From: Anaerotignum sp.
GTDB taxonomy: Bacteria > Bacillota > Clostridia > Lachnospirales > Anaerotignaceae
Reading direction: 5' to 3'
NCBI GenBank assembly: GCA_047972635.1
Contig: JBKEAS010000128.1
Location: forward strand, 1 to 46,362
DNA: 46,362 nt
Part shown: positions 40,731 to 46,362 of the stretch, piece by piece
How positions within the stretch are numbered: the first letter of the stretch is position 1
How the letters are laid out: the number at the start of each line of letters is the position of its first letter
The notes under the pieces: model-generated
The model's database searches: none
What the model saw: only the letters and a program-made list of their open reading frames with translations
What the model was told of the DNA's origin: nothing
Translations under genes and position numbers: made by a program

Positions 40731-41347
40731 AGTCGCAACACCCCTATTGATAAAATAAAAATCATACCTGTGCAAAATGCCAATCGCCAACAATGCCAAT
40801 CCCTCTTACCTGCAAGATTTTTTATAATCAAATACAAAAAGTTAGTCCAAAAACAAATAATCCCACCTACAATAACAACAGAAACAAGAAAATAATTCCC
40901 AAAATGAAGCCAAATCAAAATACCCCATAAGAGCGTAACCAAAATAAGTAAAAGTTCCTCACTTGCTGATTTATAAATAGGTCGGTTATTGTCACCAATA
41001 ACGTCAAAATTTGCCCCCAAAATCATAAATCCCGGCAAGCAAACTCCCGCAAACGTCCCCGTCACCATTCTTAAAAATTGGTTACTCTCCCAAAATCCCG
41101 CATAACTAAAAAACCCATCAATAGAAATCGGAATAAAAGAACAAGCACCAATAATCATTGCCAAAGTAGCATATGGCTTATTCCCATTAAGCCTTCCAAA
41201 GATAACAAAGAAAAGCATAGAAAAAAAAACGCCCGAATATATTCCAGTACATCTAGCACAAACCGGAAGCGTCTCTTCCCCCAATATAAAACTACGCTCT
41301 GCAATCTGGTGACAGACAGCAGAGCCAAAAAAATCAAATATATTCAT
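40727..41347 (-). CDS. DUF2085 membrane protein
   Basis: VCHQIAERSF...PVCARCTGIYSG, IDG and SN..R..TG, with several TM segments. Confidence 0.85.
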   Translation of the reverse strand: MNIFDFFGSAVCHQIAERSFILGEETLPVCARCTGIYSGVFFSMLFFVIFGRLNGNKPYATLAMIIGACSFIPISIDGFFSYAGFWESNQFLRMVTGTFAGVCLPGFMILGANFDVIGDNNRPIYKSASEELLLILVTLLWGILIWLHFGNYFLVSVVIVGGIICFWTNFLYLIIKNLAGKRDWHCWRLAFCTGMIFILSIGVLRL

Positions 41348-41353
41348 ATCAAA

Positions 41354-41827
41354 TCAATAATAGTAAGCCATATTTCCCACAAGGCCAAACAATCCACCAA
41401 GTATGCAGCATAACAACCATACAGCCAACATAACGCAACTAACAACAATTAAAGTCTTACCAAATTTACGGTAATCTTCAAGCGGACTTTTTAGTAAAAT
41501 AATACCTGCAATAATACCTGCAACCTGACCAATTCCACCAGCCAAAAGAACCAAAATAATAATAACGATTTTTAAAGCAACGTGAAGTGTCTGTTCCTGA
41601 ACAGGTTGCGGTTCTGTAGAACGATAGTCCTCCCAATTTTTTTCTTCACTTTTCGTTTCAAATTTTTGAGAAGTTCCACGGTCATCCTCAACCGTAAATT
41701 CTTCCACCACTTCTACTTCGGTTTTAGCTTGATTGTCAAAATTTGTAGTGTTTTCATTTAAACTGCAAATAGGACACCCCAAACTTTCGTCTAATATTTG
41801 TTTCCCACATTTTGAGCAATAACTCAT
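41354..41827 (-). CDS. Zinc-ribbon-containing membrane protein
   Basis: N-terminal CSKC..CPIC, an acidic linker and hydrophobic C-terminal helices. ATG 41827 behind AAGGAG. Confidence 0.8.
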   Translation of the reverse strand: MSYCSKCGKQILDESLGCPICSLNENTTNFDNQAKTEVEVVEEFTVEDDRGTSQKFETKSEEKNWEDYRSTEPQPVQEQTLHVALKIVIIILVLLAGGIGQVAGIIAGIILLKSPLEDYRKFGKTLIVVSCVMLAVWLLCCILGGLFGLVGNMAYYY

Positions 41828-41848
41828 ATCTGTCACTCCTTCCATAAT

Positions 41849-42643
41849 TTACTTGTTTTTACAGTGAAAAAATGTTCCCACATCCTCACCGCTCATCACT
41901 TTATGAATAATTGTTGGATCTTCACCCAAAACAATAGCCATCTTAACGCCTGCTTCTTGGCAAATGGTTGCCGCTTGCAATTTCGTATGCATGCCCCCAA
42001 CGCTAAAGGCAGATCCTTTGTCCCCTGCCATGTTTCTTATTTCATCCGTGACCCAGCCTACATTAGAAACACGTTTTGCGTCAGAATTTGATCTCGGGTC
42101 TTTGTCGTAAAGACCGTCTATATCTGTCATTAAAATCAAAAGGTCAGCCCCAATGATCTCTGCTACCATCGCCGAAAGCCTGTCATTGTCAGAAATTTCA
42201 ATTTCATCAGTAGAAATACTGTCATTGGCATTCACAATCGGAATAACCCCAAGCTCCATCAAAGTCTCCATCGTGTTCTGCGTATTTTCATAACGCTTTT
42301 GGTTTTCCACTTCTTCTTTTGTGAGTAAAACCTGTGCAACCGTTTGATTATACCTGTCAAAAAAATTATGATAAATTTGCATAATCACCGCTTGCCCAAC
42401 TGCCGCAGCTGCCTGTTTTTTTCTAATTTCAGTTGGTCGTTCCTTCATGCCCATACGCACAGAGCCAACGCCAATGGCACCACTGGTAACCAAAACAACG
42501 TCTTTACCGCTATTTTTAAGGTTTGTCAAAACCCACGCCAGTTCTTCTATTCTCTTAAGGTTTAGAAGTCCATTTGGGTACGTAATCGTAGACGTACCAA
42601 CCTTTACCACAACACGATTGCAATTTTCTAGTAATTCTCTCAC
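41849..42643 (-). CDS. proB: Glutamate 5-kinase (short form, no PUA domain)
   Basis: VVKVGTS, VTSGAIG, KQAAAAVGQ, DNDRLSA and GGMHTKL. GTG start. Confidence 0.97.
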   Translation of the reverse strand: MRELLENCNRVVVKVGTSTITYPNGLLNLKRIEELAWVLTNLKNSGKDVVLVTSGAIGVGSVRMGMKERPTEIRKKQAAAAVGQAVIMQIYHNFFDRYNQTVAQVLLTKEEVENQKRYENTQNTMETLMELGVIPIVNANDSISTDEIEISDNDRLSAMVAEIIGADLLILMTDIDGLYDKDPRSNSDAKRVSNVGWVTDEIRNMAGDKGSAFSVGGMHTKLQAATICQEAGVKMAIVLGEDPTIIHKVMSGEDVGTFFHCKNK

Positions 42644-42845
42644 AACGATCCTCTCCAGTTCTCATATATAAACAAAGTATACCATATTTCTTGTTGATAA
42701 AAAAAGCTTTTTCTAAATTGAAAGAAAATATTAAAACATTCAAAATAATTCTTATTCGGAAATCCGACTTGAAAAAATTTTATCCCGTGAAATTCAAACC
42801 TTTTCTTTCATTATTTCTCTAATTTCCAAATCAAATTCATATAAG

Positions 42846-42882
42846 AAAAACCAACGAATATAAACAGTCCATATCCGTTGGT
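42846..42882 (-). terminator. Terminator after glnS
   Basis: ACCAACGGATAT-N9-ATATTCGTTGGT followed by TTTT on the minus strand. Confidence 0.75.
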
Positions 42883-42890
42883 CATAATTA

Positions 42891-44567
42891 TTATGATAAT
42901 TTAAACGAACTTTTCAATGATACAATACGGTTAAATACCAATTTTTCCTCTGTTGTATCCTTCGTATCCACAATATAGTATCCATTACGCATAAACTGAA
43001 AACGATCTCCTTTTTTCGCATCCTTTATTGATGTTTCAAGGAAGCATTTCTTTGTTTCCAAAGAGTTTGGATTCATAATCATCTCTCCGCTAGGATCTTC
43101 GGGATTATCCAACATCATATAGTCATATAATCTTGCCGTTGCTTCTACATTTTCGGTCGCACTCACCCAGTGTAATGTGCCTTTTACTTTTCTTCCTTCA
43201 AAGCCACTGCCGCTTTTTGTCTCTGGGTCGTAGGTGCAATGTACTTCTATAACCTCTCCTGCCTCATCCTTAATCAAATCTGTGCAGGTAACAAAGTACG
43301 CACCTTTTAAGCGAACTTCTTTCCCTGGTGCCAAGCGGAAGAATTTTTTTACTGGTTCTTCCATAAAGTCATCCTTTTCGATATAAAGCTCTCTTGTAAA
43401 AGGTGCTGTTCTTACGCCCATATCTGGTACTTCCGGATTGTTTTCAAGCTCCATCATTTCTACTTGGCCTTCAGGATAGTTTGTAATAACAACCTTCAAT
43501 GGATCTAAAATTGCCATAATAACTTTTGCCTTCGCCTTCAAATCATCACGGATGCAATAGTCCAATAAACCACTGTCAACCATGCTATTGGCTTTTGCAA
43601 CGCCAATTCTCTCGCAAAAATCACGAATTGCCTCGGGTGTATAACCTCTGCGACGTAAGCCACTAATGGTTGGCATACGTGGATCATCCCATCCATCAAC
43701 CAAGCCATCTTCAACCAAAGCACGAAGCTTTCTTTTGCTCATAACAGTGTTGGTCATACCCAAACGGGCAAATTCAATTTGTCTAGGTGGGTTTGTGTCA
43801 AAGCCAGCCTCTTTTATCACCCAGTCATATAACGGACGATGGTCCTCAAATTCCATAGTACAAATAGAATGCGTAATCCCTTCAATTGCATCTTCTAGGG
43901 GATGTGCAAAATCGTACATAGGGTAGATACACCACGCATCACCTGTTGTATGGTGGGTAGCATGTGCAATTCTGTATAAAACAGGATCTCTCATGTTAAT
44001 GTTTGGAGATGTCACATCAATCTTAGCCCTAAGCGTGCGAGAACCATCCGCAAATTCGCCATTTTTCATACGTCCAAACAAATCCAAGTTTTCCGCAATA
44101 CTTCTGTTACGGTAAGGGCTCTCCTTACCGGGTGTGCTGAGCGTACCACGATATTCGCGCATTTGCTCTGCTGTCAAATCGCAAACAAAAGCTTTTCCTT
44201 CTTCAATCAGCTTCAATGCAACTTCGTAATACTTCTGAAAATAACTAGAAGCGTAGTATAATCTGTCCTCCCAGTCAAACCCTAACCACTTAACGTCCTC
44301 ACGAATAGACTCTACATACTCTACATCTTCCTTTGCAGGGTTTGTATCATCAAAACGTAAATTACATTTTCCTTTGTAAAGGTTTTCCAAGCCAAAATTT
44401 AGGCAAATAGATTTTGCGTGTCCAATATGCAAATATCCGTTTGGTTCAGGTGGAAACCTCGTATGAATTTTGTTAAGCTCTCCCTTTAAATCTTCTTGAA
44501 TGTAACTATGTATAAAGTTACCAGTAGCCCCCAAGCCACTGTTCTCCGTGCTTTTTTCGTCTGCCAT
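42891..44567 (-). CDS. glnS: Glutamine--tRNA ligase
   Basis: [33 protein letters not shown] and a beta-barrel anticodon domain ([18 protein letters not shown]). Confidence 0.97.
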   Translation of the reverse strand: MADEKSTENSGLGATGNFIHSYIQEDLKGELNKIHTRFPPEPNGYLHIGHAKSICLNFGLENLYKGKCNLRFDDTNPAKEDVEYVESIREDVKWLGFDWEDRLYYASSYFQKYYEVALKLIEEGKAFVCDLTAEQMREYRGTLSTPGKESPYRNRSIAENLDLFGRMKNGEFADGSRTLRAKIDVTSPNINMRDPVLYRIAHATHHTTGDAWCIYPMYDFAHPLEDAIEGITHSICTMEFEDHRPLYDWVIKEAGFDTNPPRQIEFARLGMTNTVMSKRKLRALVEDGLVDGWDDPRMPTISGLRRRGYTPEAIRDFCERIGVAKANSMVDSGLLDYCIRDDLKAKAKVIMAILDPLKVVITNYPEGQVEMMELENNPEVPDMGVRTAPFTRELYIEKDDFMEEPVKKFFRLAPGKEVRLKGAYFVTCTDLIKDEAGEVIEVHCTYDPETKSGSGFEGRKVKGTLHWVSATENVEATARLYDYMMLDNPEDPSGEMIMNPNSLETKKCFLETSIKDAKKGDRFQFMRNGYYIVDTKDTTEEKLVFNRIVSLKSSFKLS

Positions 44568-44699
44568 GCTATTTCCCTCCCAAAATCTGTACTTCCTTCA
44601 AAGATCATTTATACTTTCTTATGAAATGCAGAAGTGTTCAAAACATTTTCCCTTTTCTACATTTGAAGCTTTTACAATCTATTTTCTCATAATTCTAAT

Positions 44700-44728
44700 A
44701 TTATAATATAGCACGTCTACAAACGCAA
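44700..44728 (-). promoter_or_regulatory. Putative SigA promoter of glnS
   Basis: TTGCGT-17 bp-TATAAT. Confidence 0.55.
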
Positions 44729-44886
44729 TTCATTTCCAAAACAAATTTTTCTAATTATTCTCTGCAAAAAATTGAATATTATTTGTCTTTTTTCTTTTTC
44801 CATAGTAAAATCAAATGCAAAGAGTTTCTGCTTAAAATTCCAACTTCATAAACGAAGTTTTACAAACAATACCGGAGGAACAATTT

Positions 44887-45342
44887 ATGTTAGCTTTTCG
44901 TATCCATGATACAAAAATATTAATGGCACATCTTTTAAAAGGAGATGTCTTTGACCATTTTACAGTTCGTCAAGTTGAAGTATTCTCTTTCGCTTCCTTT
45001 AGTATAAATGGCATGAAAGAAGAAAGTTATCTTAGCCAAGAGGACCCCGAACCCTATTGTCTTTGGTCAGATTTAAAACCGATTGTATTCCAATTTGTAA
45101 AAGGAAAAACCTTACCCAAAAGCATAAAAATCGTTCTTTCGCTGCCAAAAGCCAAAACCGAAGTATACCCAAATGCCAAGGCAGTTTTTTTAAACTTCCT
45201 GTTTCGAGATGGCTCTCTGCTTTGTACCACGTCGGTTGCAGAAGAGACGTTTTCTTTGACACAAAACACAACAAAACAATGGGATGAAGATATTCTACAA
45301 TTCTTTAAAGATACACAAATCGCCATACAAATCGAAACATAA
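44887..45342 (+). CDS. DUF5721-family protein
   Basis: The pattern M.A.RI..TK..M..LL....FD.F, W..LKP..F..VKGKTLP, WD resembles this clostridial family. SD GGAGG. Confidence 0.75.
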   Translation: MLAFRIHDTKILMAHLLKGDVFDHFTVRQVEVFSFASFSINGMKEESYLSQEDPEPYCLWSDLKPIVFQFVKGKTLPKSIKIVLSLPKAKTEVYPNAKAVFLNFLFRDGSLLCTTSVAEETFSLTQNTTKQWDEDILQFFKDTQIAIQIET

Positions 45343-45351
45343 ACCATTTTG

Positions 45352-45378
45352 TTAGCACTCTGTTTGATTGAGTGCTAA
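45352..45378. promoter_or_regulatory. CIRCE element (HrcA operator)
   Basis: Exact TTAGCACTC-N9-GAGTGCTAA. Confidence 0.97.
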
Positions 45379-45385
45379 TTTTGTA

Positions 45386-45414
45386 TTGACTTTTTTCCAT
45401 ATCCTAGCTAAAAT
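45386..45414 (+). promoter_or_regulatory. SigA promoter of htpG
   Basis: TTGACT-17 bp-TAAAAT. Confidence 0.8.
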
Positions 45415-45470
45415 ACCAGTATATGATTTGAACGATACACATTTTGTGATTTTTTAGGAGGTTACGGAAC

Positions 45471-46362
45471 ATGAATGAAAAAGGAAATCTATCAATAAAT
45501 AGCGAAAATTTTCTACCTATCATTAAAAAATGGCTCTACACAGACAAAGATATCTTTGTCCGTGAATTGGTATCAAATGCCTGCGATGCAGTCACAAAGC
45601 TAGAAAAACTCTCCCGCATGGGCGAAGCAGATATCACGCAAAACGATCCATTTGCCATCCATGTCGTTTTAGACCAAGATAAGCAAACCTTACAAATCAT
45701 CGACAATGGCATAGGTATGACTGGTGAAGAAATCAAAAAATATATCAACCAAATCGCCTTTTCTGGCGCAACTGACTTTCTTGCTAAATTCCAAGAAAAA
45801 ACGGAACAAGATAATGAAATCATCGGTCACTTTGGCCTAGGATTTTATTCTGCCTTTATGGTCGCAGATAAGGTAGAAATTGATACCCTCTCTTTCCAAA
45901 AAGATGCACAGGCAGCAAAATGGATTTGCGAAGGCGGAATTGATTATGAAATGCAAAGTAGTACCCGCCAAACAAGAGGTACGACCATTACCCTATTCTT
46001 AGGCGAAGACGGTAAAGAATTTTTAGAATCCGCAACTCTTTATGCTGCCCTTCAAAAATACTGCTCCTTTATGCCAATCCCTATTTTTGTTGATATCAAA
46101 AAAGAAGCTACACAAGAGGAAATAGAAGCGGAAAAAAAAGAAGCTACAACACTTCACGTTTCTGCCGAAGAAGCAGCAACATTAACAAAAGAAGATGCAC
46201 GCAAAAAACTAGATGAAAAAAACGCAGACCAAACAGAAGATCAAAAGCCATTAAACGATACAACCCCGTTGTGGCAAAAAAACCCAAGCGAATGCACCGA
46301 TGAAGAATATAAAGCCTTTTATCATAAGGTTTTCACGGATATGAACGATCCGCTCTTTTGGA
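45471..46362 (+). CDS. htpG: Chaperone HtpG (Hsp90), 3' end truncated by the window
   Basis: Hand translation gives MNEKGNLSINSEN..LYTDKDIFVRELVSNACDA, DNGIGM, IGHFGLGFYSAFMVAD and GTTI. The frame is open to the window end. SD AGGAGG. Not in the ORF track. Confidence 0.97.
   Translation, partial: MNEKGNLSINSENFLPIIKKWLYTDKDIFVRELVSNACDAVTKLEKLSRMGEADITQNDPFAIHVVLDQDKQTLQIIDNGIGMTGEEIKKYINQIAFSGATDFLAKFQEKTEQDNEIIGHFGLGFYSAFMVADKVEIDTLSFQKDAQAAKWICEGGIDYEMQSSTRQTRGTTITLFLGEDGKEFLESATLYAALQKYCSFMPIPIFVDIKKEATQEEIEAEKKEATTLHVSAEEAATLTKEDARKKLDEKNADQTEDQKPLNDTTPLWQKNPSECTDEEYKAFYHKVFTDMNDPLFW

Noticed and set aside
45536..45823. 95-aa minus-strand ORF
   Set aside because: It is antisense to htpG, which the ORF track missed because it has no stop in the window.
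1..46362. tRNA, rRNA, CRISPR arrays, transposases or prophage genes
   Set aside because: I saw no cloverleaf, rRNA signature, spaced repeat array or mobility gene on either strand.

Overview
This is core chromosome from a low-GC clostridial Firmicute. The long L17 and the N-terminally extended L22 suggest a Lachnospirales-type organism, which is an inference. Most of the window is on the minus strand. It holds the complete S10-spc-alpha ribosomal protein cluster (rpsJ to rplQ, with secY, adk, map, infA, rpoA and an rpmJ missing from the ORF track), then ecfA1-ecfA2-ecfT, truA, rplM-rpsI and the 5' end of a ferredoxin gene. The main accessory element is a cassette of about 6 kb between rplQ and ecfA1. 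It comprises a PAS/AAA+/Fis sigma54 activator, three TGT-N12-ACA enhancer boxes, a consensus -24/-12 promoter, and an operon of a GPH symporter, an MFS transporter and a nitrilase-superfamily amidase of unknown substrate. Upstream of the S10 operon are an ACT/DUF711 pair, thpR, tkt, a transaldolase gene, thrC, a flavin-reductase-like gene with a very acidic small ORF, and a metallophosphoesterase. Beyond these are a mixed seven-gene proB-to-panE operon (including DUF2085 and an ART-like DUF2971), glnS, DUF5721 and a partial htpG preceded by a perfect CIRCE. Several structured ribosomal-leader candidates are visible. I saw no rRNA, tRNA, CRISPR array or IS element.
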